A stretch of DNA of 64,000 bases from Nemertoderma westbladi (taxonomy: Eukaryota > Animalia > Xenacoelomorpha): assembly GCA_032718475.1 (NCBI GenBank), contig JAUCBJ010008347.1, positions 1-64,000 of the forward strand, given 5' to 3'. Shown here in pieces: positions 53,101 to 64,000 of the stretch. Below the pieces are notes generated by a model, which saw only the letters and a program-made list of their open reading frames with translations, was not told the origin of the DNA and made no database searches. The number at the start of each line of letters is the position of its first letter. Within the stretch, counting starts at the first letter, position 1. The position numbers and the translations under genes were made by a program.

Positions 53101-56010
53101 CATGTACAACCAGTAATAGTTAAGACAGTCCTGCATGTACAACCTGTAATAGTTTCGACAGTCCTGGATGTACAATCTGTAATAGTTTCGACAGTCCTGC
53201 ATGTACAACCAGTAATAGTTTCGACAGTCCTGGATGTACAATCTGTAATAGTTTCGACAGTCCTGCATGTACAACCAGTAATAGTTTCGACAGTCCGGCA
53301 TGTACAACCAGTAATAGTTAAGACAGTCCTGGATGTACAACCAGTAATAGTTAAGACAGTCCTGCATGTACAACCTGTAATAGTTTCGACAGTCCGGCAT
53401 GTACAACCAGTAATAGTTAAGACAGTCCTGGATGTACAACCAGTAATAGTTAAGACAGTCCGGCATGTACAACCTGTAATAGTTAAGACAGTCCGGCATG
53501 TACAACCAGTAATAGTTAAGACAGTCCTGGATGTACAACCAGTAATAGTTAAGACAGTCCTGCATGTACAACCAGTAATAGTTTCGACAGTCCTGCATGT
53601 ACAACCAGTAATAGTTAAGACAGTCCTGCATGTACAACCTGTAATAGTTTCGACAGTCCTGCATGTACAACCAGTAATAGTTTCGACAGTCCTGCATGTA
53701 CAACCAGTAATAGTTAAGACAGTCCTGCATGTACAACCTGTAATAGTTTCGACAGTCCTGGATGTACAACCTGTAATAGTTTCGACAGTCCTGCATGTAC
53801 AACCAGTAATAGTTTCGACAGTCCGGCATGTACAACCAGTAATAGTTAAGACAGTCCTGCATGTACAACCTGTAATAGTTTCGACAGTCCTGCATGTACA
53901 ACCAGTAATAGTTTCGACAGTCCTGCATGTACAACCAGTAATAGTTTCGACAGTCCTGGATGTACAATCTGTAATAGTTTCGACAGTCCGGCATGTACAA
54001 CCAGTAATAGTTTCGACAGTCCTGGATGTACAATCTGTAATAGTTTCGACAGTCCTGCATGTACAACCAGTAATAGTTTCGACAGTCCTGGATGTACAAT
54101 CTGTAATAGTTTCGACAGTCCTGCATGTACAACCAGTAATAGTTTCGACAGTCCTGATGTACAACCTGTAATAGTTTCGACAGTCCTGCATGTACAACCA
54201 GTAATAGTTTCGACAGTCCTGCATGTACAACCTGTAATAGTTTCGACAGTCCTGCATGTACAACCGTAATAGTTTCGACAGTCCTGATGTACAACTGTAA
54301 TAGTTTCGACAGTCCTGCATGTACAACCTGTAATAGTTTCGACAGTCCGGCATGTACAACCAGTAATAGTTAAGACAGTCCTGGATGTACAACCAGTAAT
54401 AGTTAAGACAGTCCTGCATGTACAACCTGTAATAGTTTCGACAGTCCGGCATGTACAACCAGTAATAGTTAAGACAGTCCTGGATGTACAACCAGTAATA
54501 GTTAAGACAGTCCGGCATGTACAACCTGTAATAGTTAAGACAGTCCGGCATGTACAACCAGTAATAGTTAAGACAGTCCTGGATGTACAACCAGTAATAG
54601 TTAAGACAGTCCTGCATGTACAACCAGTAATAGTTTCGACAGTCCTGCATGTACAACCAGTAATAGTTAAGACAGTCCTGCATGTACAACCTGTAATAGT
54701 TTCGACAGTCCTGCATGTACAACCAGTAATAGTTTCGACAGTCCGGCATGTACAACCAGTAATAGTTAAGACAGTCCTGCATGTACAACCTGTAATAGTT
54801 TCGACAGTCCTGGATGTACAATCTGTAATAGTTTCGACAGTCCGGCATGTACAACCAGTAATAGTTTCGACAGTCCGGCATGTACAACCAGTAATAGTTA
54901 AGACAGTCCTGCATGTACAACCTGTAATAGTTTCGACAGTCCTGGATGTACAACCAGTAATAGTTTCGACAGTCCTGCATGTACAACCAGTAATAGTTTC
55001 GACAGTCCTGGATGTACAATCTGTAATAGTTTCGACAGTCCGGCATGTACAACCAGTAATAGTTTCGACAGTCCTGGATGTACAATCTGTAATAGTTTCG
55101 ACAGTCCTGCATGTACAACCAGTAATAGTTTCGACAGTCCTGGATGTACAATCTGTAATAGTTTCGACAGTCCTGCATGTACAACCAGTAATAGTTTCGA
55201 CAGTCCGGCATGTACAACCAGTAATAGTTAAGACAGTCCTGGATGTACAACCAGTAATAGTTAAGACAGTCCTGCATGTACAACCTGTAATAGTTTCGAC
55301 AGTCCGGCATGTACAACCAGTAATAGTTAAGACAGTCCGGCATGTACAACCTGTAATAGTTAAGACAGTCCGGCATGTACAACCTGTAATAGTTTCGACA
55401 GTCCGGCATGTACAACCAGTAATAGTTAAGACAGTCCTGCATGTACAACCAGTAATAGTTAAGACAGTCCTACATGTACAACCAGTAATAGTTAAGACAG
55501 TCCGGCATGTACAACCTGTAATAGTTAAGACAGTCCTACATGTACAACCAGTAATAGTTTCGACAGTCCTACATGTACAACCTGTAATAGTTTCGACAGT
55601 CCTACATGTACAACCAGTAATAGTTTCGACAGTCCGGCATGTACAACCTGTAATAGTTAAGACAGTCCTGGATGTACAACCTGTAATAGTTAAGATAGTC
55701 CTGGATGTACAACCTGTAATAGTTAAGACAGTCCTGGATGTACAACCAGTAATAGTTTCGACAGTCCGGCATGTACAACCTGTAATAGTTTCGACAGTCC
55801 GGCATGTACAACCAGTAATAGTTAAGACAGTCCTGCATGTACAACCAGTAATAGTTAAGACAGTCCGGCATGTACAACCTGTAATAGTTAAGACAGTCCT
55901 GGATGTACAACCTGTAATAGTTAAGATAGTCCTGGATGTACAACCTGTAATAGTTAAGACAGTCCTGCATGTACAACCAGTAATAGTTAAGACAGTCCTG
56001 GATGTAAAAC
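44132..56010. repeat. 33-bp satellite array, block 3 (~360 units)
   Basis: Same unit and orientation; resumes ACAACCAGT in register with the left breakpoint CATGT. Confidence 0.99.
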
Positions 56011-56840
56011 TTCTCGCTAGCTATTTCCTTGTCTACATAGCTTTGATTTGAAGCATGGTCTAATAAACAATAAATGCATTTCGAGACGCACTTACCTTGG
56101 ATCTTAATAGGTATTACGCTAAAAGATGCTGACTGTGTCTGTGTAAGCAGGGTAGTGCTGGGTTTCTGAATCGCAATCAGTCCTACCATATTCCGACTCT
56201 GAGGTCTCACCACTATAATCCTCTTCACTGGATCCAGACTGATAATTATTGTCAGTATGGCTAGTCTGGGCGAAAGTTGCCTGGAGCTTCCTGGTTTCAT
56301 TTGGTCGAACTACCTTGGTTGGGTGGTCCTTAGTTGGGGTGTGTTAAGGCGTGTGCAGCAACCTATGGTGTAACCTGCCACAATCAGCACACCCATTACT
56401 TACATTAGTGGCAGTGCAGGCTCGGCGCTTATGGCCTACTGCCAAGCATTTCCAACAGCGTCTAAAGATCTAATAACTAGACGGCGCTGGTCTACGTCTA
56501 GCTTAGAAAATAGGTTACAACTCGCCAGTCTATGGTCATTAGACCTTTGAGTTAATTGGTCACAATATTGGCACCTTTAAAATCCTCAGGCAACTGTTGT
56601 ATCTTAATTGCCTTCGGACCAATGGGTGACGCTACTTTACTAATTTTGGCGCTACTTCCAAAACTACCTCCTGTACTAGCTACCTTCTTTTGAGATAAAG
56701 TATTATAGGTTGTATTATAATCCCCTGCACTAACCATTGTTCGATATTTAAGGGATTGTTTCTTGTTATAGCCTAAATATTCCTCAGAATAATTTGATCG
56801 CAAGTCAGCTTCACTGTGAGCGGATTCAATTCTGCCTCAC
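56011..56840 (-). pseudogene. Degenerate gag-protease remnant of a second, older BEL/Pao family
   Basis: Manual minus-strand translation gives three knuckles (CQYC...DHRLASC; CWKCLAVGHKRRAC; CADCGRLHHRLLH) with frameshift and stop, followed by protease-like VIPIKIQG...IYCLLDHASNQSYV. Confidence 0.8.
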
Positions 56841-59204
56841 CATCCCCCTAAAGTTGGGAAGTTGGGAACAATATCGCGGGTTATATATATATTTTATATA
56901 TTTATAACTCAAAAAATATTCAAAATTTACCAACTTTCGAATTTACCGCAAAATATTGACTATCATAATAGGTTATATGCTGTAAAGTTTTTAAAATATA
57001 TATAATATATTTTATTATAAATTAAAGGCCCTGCTAGGCATCAACGGAACTTTACTGGGGAAATTGATGGTTTACAAAAACGCGTGCTTACAAACACAAA
57101 TTGTTGACACATTTGTGTTCAAAAAAAAAATTGGGAAAGTATAATAACATCAAAGTCTGATATATACCGGTACGCCACTATATACCTAGTATATATGTAT
57201 ATACAAACCAGCAGACTACCACAAAATTGATCTATAGATCTCACAAACACAGCTACTGACACTACGACCAACCTCGGACCCCTAAAGTCGCGCTTCTTCG
57301 AATGCCAAAGTAATCGTGAGTTGTGCGGACCACGAATGCATCGACGGATTTGGCGTCTCCGGGCTCCTGAACTCATTTGCAGTGACTTTACCTGTACCTG
57401 TAAGTTGTATAGAGAAATCAGCAGTGGCTTGGCAGATTTACCCTACTGTAAATTAAAAATTTTGTCCAAAATTGAAAGGCAAAATTAAATTCAAATTCGG
57501 CACAACCTGAATACAAAACAGAAAATCGAACTCACGATTCCAAAGATCACTTTGTTCTAGAATTTTATCAGTCAAACTTTATCCAATTTTTTAACTTTCT
57601 AAAACTTTTATTTCAAAATTTTCTGAAAAATAAATTATTAAATAATTTGCATTTACTACTAATAAATCCAACAGCAGCTAATCCGTTGAAAATCCAAATG
57701 CAGCTACAGTTATTTGTGCTCAAATAGCACATATAACCCTGCTAAAATCCATACCGGTAATGATTGCAGAAAACACCCGCTACATAAAGTACTACACCCG
57801 CTAAATCTAAATATTTTAATTGATAATTTTCTACAACTTTCTGGCAATAATGCGAGATACCCACTCGCTTAAATAATTTATTTTACAACAACCCAGTAAT
57901 ATAGTTGGAATCCCGACTCGATCCGATCTGCAGTGTAATACAAATAGTGGTGAGGTCCAAAACAATATTACATAATTTTATCCGAAAATATTCTAGAATG
58001 AAACCGTTTTATAGTTTTGCAATGTAAGAGTGTATGTTTCAAGTAAGGGGGTTTTGGCATAGATCTAAAATAATGTTTATCACCCTTTGGCTTTTGTTTG
58101 ACGCAAGTGTCGTTGTTCATCAAGCAGCAGGTAAGGGAAAAAGGGTAAACCTTGGCTTCGCTATACAAATGTACCTGTAGGAATTGTGAAATGGGTTAAA
58201 ATGAGATGAGAAAATAAAATACAGTTCCGTGATGGATGATAAAAACTTATTCTCGTTCACCTCCCAAGACCGTAGGTAACGATAGTAAGCCGAAACTTGG
58301 TATATATATTAATTTGTCAACGCCAAGCTAATCCCACAACAAACCATCAGGGCATGAATGAATAAACCAAAATAAAACCAATGAACTCACAAACTAGGGC
58401 GCTAATCAATCCTGTAGTAACAATCAGGACGCACCTCCCGAACCTCCCTTATTTGGCATAGCCTAATCACACCGCACAATTTTCAGCTCGGCGTCTACAC
58501 TTCACCACTTACCCGTGCTGCCCTGTCATCAGTCACAATTGACCTCATAACTCGACACCTGATAGTAAATGCAAAGGGTAACAAAGTCAACTGTGCCCCT
58601 TTTTGGGCCCCAAAATAAACGCCAAGCAAATTACTGTAATGTGGTTAATCTCCCCTATTTTAAAACAAATACAACGCTTACTGCAGTGGCTGGCCCGGTA
58701 CAATAGTTCAACTTCCCTGATTTTTGTTAGCTAACGCATCTCAGTCTTGCCCCCTTTCACGTTCCATAGGCCTGCGTCGGGCCTAGATGATCCCTACTCC
58801 ATAGCACAGGGATTCACGGGATTCACCGCTTTCAAGGCAGGCCTACGACAGCAGGGTCTGACGGTAGGCACTGCACAGCACTGACCGCTGACTAGGTTTT
58901 AAAAGTCTGTATGGTTGATCAGCACATTGCAGAATATTAATAGGTACTGAATTACAAATTAATTAAATTTAAATTGTATACCAAAAGAATAGGCACAATG
59001 CAGCACCGGTATTCCAGTACAGCAGCACAATACAGAATTCAGAATTTAAGAGTTAAAGAGTACAAGTCTTGTGACTTATGCACATAGAATGATTCATATG
59101 CCCGCCTGGCCTAATGCAAGACTGGCGTCCAATAGAAATGTAGCAAATGGCACCTTTTTAAATATATTTTTGGTGGGTTGTTTAAATAATACTTTCCTAA
59201 TGTT

Positions 59205-60970
59205 ATTTGGCAGTGATTTTTTATGGCCTTTTATTTGACTTTTTTTGTCCTTTTTTTACGAATTGTGCAAATGACTTTTAATGACTTTTGTTGTCCTTTT
59301 TATGTATGTATTTCTTCAAACTGTCAGACTGCGGATTTCTGGACTGTCAGACAGTTGGTTTCACTATGCCTGTGCCAAAACATTCAAAATTCCATGATTT
59401 ATAGACTATGAGATGGATTTCCATATGCGCCTGTGGTAGCAAAAAAGCAAATTTAATAGTTTGTGGTTGTTGTTGTGTCGATTACCACATGACGTATCAA
59501 AACATTCATTTTATAGCCAAAAACAATTACCATTTGATGGAAAGGAGCAGGTTAAGGCCGGATTTTCTAACCAAACAATAAACAGTCACTTTACCAAATG
59601 AAGGAAAGGAGCAGGTTACAGAGGCTTGCCTTTCTAACCAAAACAATAAACGGTCACTTTACCAAATCAGGGAAAGGAGCAGGTAACATAGGCGGGATTT
59701 TCTAACCAAAACAATAAACAATCACATTACCAAATGAAGGAAAGGAGCAGGTTACACAGATGGTCTTTTCTAACCAAAACAATAAAACGATAACATTACC
59801 AATTGAGAGAAAGGAGCAGGTTACAGAGGCGGAATTTCCTAACCAAAACAATAAACGATCAGTTAACTAATTGAGGGAAAGGAGCAGGTTACAGAGGCGG
59901 GATTTTCTAACCAAAACAATAAACGATCACTGAACTAATTGAGGGAAAGGAGCATATGTTACAGAGGCGGGATTTTCTAACCAAAACAATTAACGATCAT
60001 TTAACTAATTGAGAGAAAGGAGCGGGTTACAGAGGCGGGATTTTCTAACCAAAACAATAAACAGTCACTTTCCCAAATGAAGGAAAGGAGCAGGTTACAG
60101 AGGCGGGCCTTTCTAACCAAAACAATAAACGACCATTCAACTAATTGAGGGAAAGGAGCGGGTTACAGAGGCGGGATTTTCTAACCAAAACAATAAACAG
60201 TTACTTTACCAAATCAGGGAAAGGAGCAGGTTACAGCGACGGGATTTTCTAACCAAAACAATAAACGATAACATTACCAATTGAGAGAAAGGAGCAGGTT
60301 ACAGAGGCGGGATTTTCTAACCAAAACAATAAACAGTCACTTTACCAAATCAGGGAAAGGAGCAGGTTACAGAGGCGGGCCTTTCTAACCAAAACAATAA
60401 ATAAACAATAAATGTCATGAACATAACAATAAACTATGTAAAACCGGTACCTGTACAAAATTCTGAAATTACCGTAATTAATAAATTACCTTTATCATTA
60501 TTATTATTATATTATGTGGGTGGAGACACCGCTGTCATAGAAGCGTATAAACAAAACTGCACATAATAAACAGTAGAAAGTTGAACAGTGAATAAAACAA
60601 AATGACTTATACTGTACTATGGACTACTTTATCACAATTCAGCAATTAGGCCTATCATATTTACAACTGTACATATCACAGAATCAGTGAGTCAATACCT
60701 AATACTGTAATGTAGTATAATACAGTCAGACAGTATAATTATTTCTAAGGCATATGCTTTATACCTACATACAATGCAATACTGCAAAATAGTGATCTAT
60801 ATATACTAATACCGGTACTTATAGCCTAAGAGAACAGCAGTAGAGAAACCGGTAGCAAGGAACCCAACGGTAGATTTCTGGAGGACATAAAAAGTAAAAA
60901 AAGGACATAAAAAGTAAAAAAAAAAGGACAAAAAAAGGATTTAAACGGACAAGAAAAATTATTGCGATGT
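59205..60970. mobile_element. Possible non-autonomous foldback/MITE-like element carrying the 68-bp array
   Basis: T-rich TTTTTGTCCTTTT/ACTTTT tracts at about 59205-59305 mirror A-rich AAAAGGACAAAAA/AAAAGT tracts at about 60880-60970. True termini and TSD were not identified. Confidence 0.35.
59515..60402. repeat. 68-bp tandem repeat, ~13 copies
   Basis: AAAGGAGCAGGTTACAGAGGCGGGATTTTCTAACCAAAACAATAAAC... recurs at about 59541, 59605, 59673, 59741, 59810, 59878, 59946, 60016, 60084, 60152, 60220, 60288 and 60356. Confidence 0.95.
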
Positions 60971-61159
60971 TATTTGTAGGTTGCACACATTTTTGGTATA
61001 TTATACAGTAGATTTTAGATTTCTTACGACAATATGACTGACCATAATATATTATAAAATATCAAAATTTTTCTTGGTGCTGAATTTGGAGCACCAGAAC
61101 CGAAGTTAGAGCGAATTTAGTCAAAAATTAAAAATATTTTTTTTGCAAAAAATTAAGAA

Positions 61160-61233
61160 TGGTCAATATTGGGTTTCGAACCCACGAACTTAGGTATCGT
61201 TAACGTGATTGATAACCACTAGACTACGTGACC
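61160..61233 (-). pseudogene. tRNA-like sequence (tRNA pseudogene or SINE head)
   Basis: Minus strand GGTCACG-TAGTCTAGTGG (A box)...GGTTCGAAACCC (B box)...TGACCA. 74 nt, partial acceptor stem, poor anticodon arm. Confidence 0.6.
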
Positions 61234-62304
61234 AAGAGAATTTGCAATTTTCAAGTGACTATTTTTAAACATCAATAACATCGGTTCTATTTTGCCGTTT
61301 ATTCTGAAACATTTTTCATTGGATAGAGGATAGATTGTAGTGTGTGAAATAGGATACAACTTGGGAATAGACGTATGTGCACTTAGTGCAAAATGCACTT
61401 AAAAAGTGCACATTTTTTCTATATTTCAAACACTATTATTTCCAGTTCTATTCATCGTAGAATGTTAGTTTTTGGGTTAAAATGTAGTTTGGAGTGATTT
61501 CTAACTATAATCGTAACATTTGTTTAACTTTTTATGTCAATAAAGTGACTTAAAATGTCTTTGAATATTGTCCAAAATCGACAATGTCGAGATTTATTAA
61601 ATTGGATTTTTGACACTTTTAGCGACTGACACTTGATCATACACCATCGTAGATCGGTAGAGGATAAACATAAGTTTGTTAAATAAGAGCCACCATTACG
61701 ATCTGCTAAAGTGCACTTGTACAAATAAGTGTGCAAAAGTGCAAATTTTTTAATCTCATACTGAACGCATTTGGGATATGTGTACAAATAACCGGCCCTT
61801 ATAAGGCTTCGATTGGGTAAATTAATAAAACATAAGGTTGTAATATTCTAAAAAACCAGTGTGATATTAAATGCACTTTAAACAATAAATAGAGATCAAA
61901 TAACAAATACAACTAAAAAAAAATTTTGTACTATGTTGCCGTTATTCCCGACACCATGGGGGAAAAACGCCGATGCTGGAGGCGGAACTTTTCAGACCAC
62001 GGAATCCCCGCCAGTCACCGGATATTGGTAGTGGAGAAGGAATACGTTCTTAAATGCAAGATTGCGGTTGAGAAAAGTTTCATTGGTTGGATATACTCTT
62101 TAATGTAACTTCCCTACAGTTGAACCTTGATTGAGAATAAGTTGGGCTTCCCCAAACCAATATACACCAAATATTCACAATAATATAACACTACAATATA
62201 AATCCCTACAGTATATTATTTAATTACCCACTGTTCGCTCAGATTTTAGCCTAACTAATGTTCCCCGATTTTCCCTCGGTCCTAGTCTTGGTGCCGTAGT
62301 GTCG

Positions 62305-63075
62305 GTGTCGGTCGACCCTGTTGCGTGTCCATCCCACCCTTCCAAAACCCCGAAGGGATCAGTCATCAGGAACCAGTACGGCTTGGCTAAGGGTCGGTCC
62401 AGTCGGTAGACCCGGTCGCGTGTCCGTACCACCCTTCCCGAACCCTGAAGGGATCGGTCATCAGGAACCAGTACGGCTTGACTAGGGGTCTGTCATGTCG
62501 GTGGACCCATTCGCGTGTCCGTCCCACCATTCCCGAACCCCGAAGGGATCGATCATCAGGAACCAGTACGGCTTGGCTAGGGGTCCGTCGGTTCATCGCA
62601 GAGACCCAACCACCTAGGCTTTCCGAGTCCTTATTCAGGCTCGTAGTCGCTTCGGCAGCCGAGAAACTGCTCTGAACAGTCGGTAGACCAGTAGAGTCCA
62701 GTCCTTTGTCTTTCGACCCCGTTGCGTGTCCGTCCCACCCTTCCCGAACCCCAAAGGGATCGGTCAGGAACCAGTACGGCTTGGCAAGGGGGTCTGTCAG
62801 CCCGTCGTGAGCCCCAACGGTTGGTGGTTTTCCGAGTCCTTATTGAGGCTCGTACTAACGCCAGTCATGGAACCCACTTCAGGAAGGCAGTCCTCGTCGA
62901 ACCCTTCCTCCGTTAGTCGGTCGACCCGTTTGCGTGTCCGTCCCACCCTTTCCTAACCCCGAAGGGATCGGTCAGGAACCAGTACGGCTTGGCTAGGGGT
63001 CTGTCGTCGGTTCCCGTTGCAAATCCCTAACACAAGCAGCAGACTTTCCGATGTCTTTTTCAGGCTCGTAATAAC
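62305..63075. repeat. GC-rich compound repeat: five copies of a ~75-bp core at 95, 95, 211 and 208 bp spacing
   Basis: Core GCGTGTCCGTCCCACCTTCCCGAACCCCGAAGGGATCGGTCA(TCA)GGAACCAGTACGGCTTGGCTAGGGGTC at 62323, 62418, 62513, 62724 and 62932. A second motif TTTCCGAGTCCTTATTCAGGCTCGTA occurs three times. Confidence 0.9.
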
Positions 63076-64000
63076 TGCTGTTGGCCAGGGACCGCTAAGG
63101 GCAGTCCTTGTCCTTTAGACCTAGCGAGTTACCAAATCCACCTCTACAGGCAGCAGGAAGTTGGCTAGGCCTAATAGTAATCAGGCAAACCTGAATACTG
63201 CTTAACTTTGCCTCCCACCCCTGGCCCTTATATACATGAAATGAGTCCCGTTCATGAAATGAGCCCAATATTCGCCCATAAATCACCCCTAGTCCATTGA
63301 ATGTGCCCAAAACCCATGTTCCCGCACCCAGTAGTGATATCGGAATATTCTTTTTAAATAAATCCAAAAAATATTCAACTCGCGTTAGGAAAAGTTGAAA
63401 TACCGCGAACAGTCCCCCCCAATGACCTTCGTGAGGTCTATCGGTAGATCGAGTTTGCATAGGTCATTTCCCATATAAAAAACCCAAAATTTTAATATTG
63501 CATAGTCTTGATTAATTTGGCCTAGAGTTAATATATGTAAAAAATAAATGTTCGATATAAATGTTCCTGGAATATCCTGGTCCTCTATTTCTTGCTCTGA
63601 AACGCCTTTCTCCTCTTCGCCCGTCGACTCTCGTCGATAGCCAGTGCTGGTAGGGGAGCATCAACATCCATCGTGAGCAACGTTTCGGCTTGTCTCCTGG
63701 CGGCTCTTCCTTTCGATGGTAGCGGGATCATATCGGTTCGTCTTTCTAACTCGGTGTTGCGCACCACTAGGAACCACTTTCCGTCACCGAACCCTTCCTT
63801 ATATGAATATAAACGCCTAAGGATCTCGAATGGGCCGAATAATCCAGCGCTTAGCAACAGATCCACGTAATGGAAAGGTAACGTCGCTGTCGTATGGAGG
63901 CGTTCCGGGAAGGAAAAATACCCGCACACCATTTCCTGCGCGATATTCCAAGCGTTTCTCCGTACTTTGGTCTTTATGTGGCATTTGCGTAGGTTTCGAA

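Noticed and set aside
54150-54300. Four clustered 1-bp deletions (GTCCTGATGT twice, CAACCGTAAT, ACAACTGTAA)
   Set aside because: They fall at or beside the polymorphic monomer positions within 150 bp, which suggests consensus or assembly error. Raw reads are needed.
1117-56000. Dozens of long ORFs (YMQDCRNYYRL, VQPVIVSTVLH, LSKLLQVVHAG, CTTSNSFDSPA repeats; up to 2392 aa)
   Set aside because: By-products of a 33-bp unit open in five frames. They overlap on both strands, switch frame at indels and end at sporadic variant stops. Not called as genes.
1228-56010. CRISPR array (repeat length ~33 bp)
   Set aside because: Units are contiguous with no unique spacers, there are no cas genes, and the context is eukaryotic retroelements.
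57020-57915. Possible DNA-transposon ends (TTAAAGGCCC at ~57022; GTTGGAATCCC with ACCCGCTA-like subrepeats to ~57913)
   Set aside because: No matching opposite termini or TSD found in the window.
61839-62210. Possible LTR starting TGTAATATT
   Set aside because: No partner LTR, clear PPT or PBS could be identified.
62340-62570. Hammerhead ribozyme (CTGATGA plus stem on minus strand)
   Set aside because: The stem is followed by GAAG/GAAT rather than GAAA, there are no convincing stems I and III, and two of five copies lack the full CTGATGA.
63585-63932. 115-aa minus-strand ORF at the window edge
   Set aside because: No recognisable motif and possibly incomplete; cannot be assigned.

Overview
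Eukaryotic, probably invertebrate animal, repeat-dominated window with no recognisable host gene. About 38 kb is one 33-bp satellite array (consensus TGTACAACCWGTAATAGTTTCGACAGTCCTGCA; ~1,150 units over 1228-56010) with nested higher-order duplications, and nearly all ORFs in the track are artefacts of this repeat. Two insertions interrupt the array: a 5'-truncated RTE-type LINE (25809-27049) and a 15.4-kb rearranged cluster of three copies of one BEL/Pao LTR retrotransposon (28769-44131). The left flank is the 5' LTR and tRNA-Pro PBS of another LTR element. The right flank holds an older BEL/Pao gag-protease remnant, a 68-bp tandem array between degenerate inverted repeats, a tRNA-like sequence and a structured GC-rich repeat. 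Main observation: the BEL/Pao element has no TGG-type tRNA primer-binding site. The 11 nt at the PBS position are instead exactly complementary to 11 nt inside its own LTR, just downstream of a TATAA, which is the geometry of Tf1-type self-primed reverse transcription.
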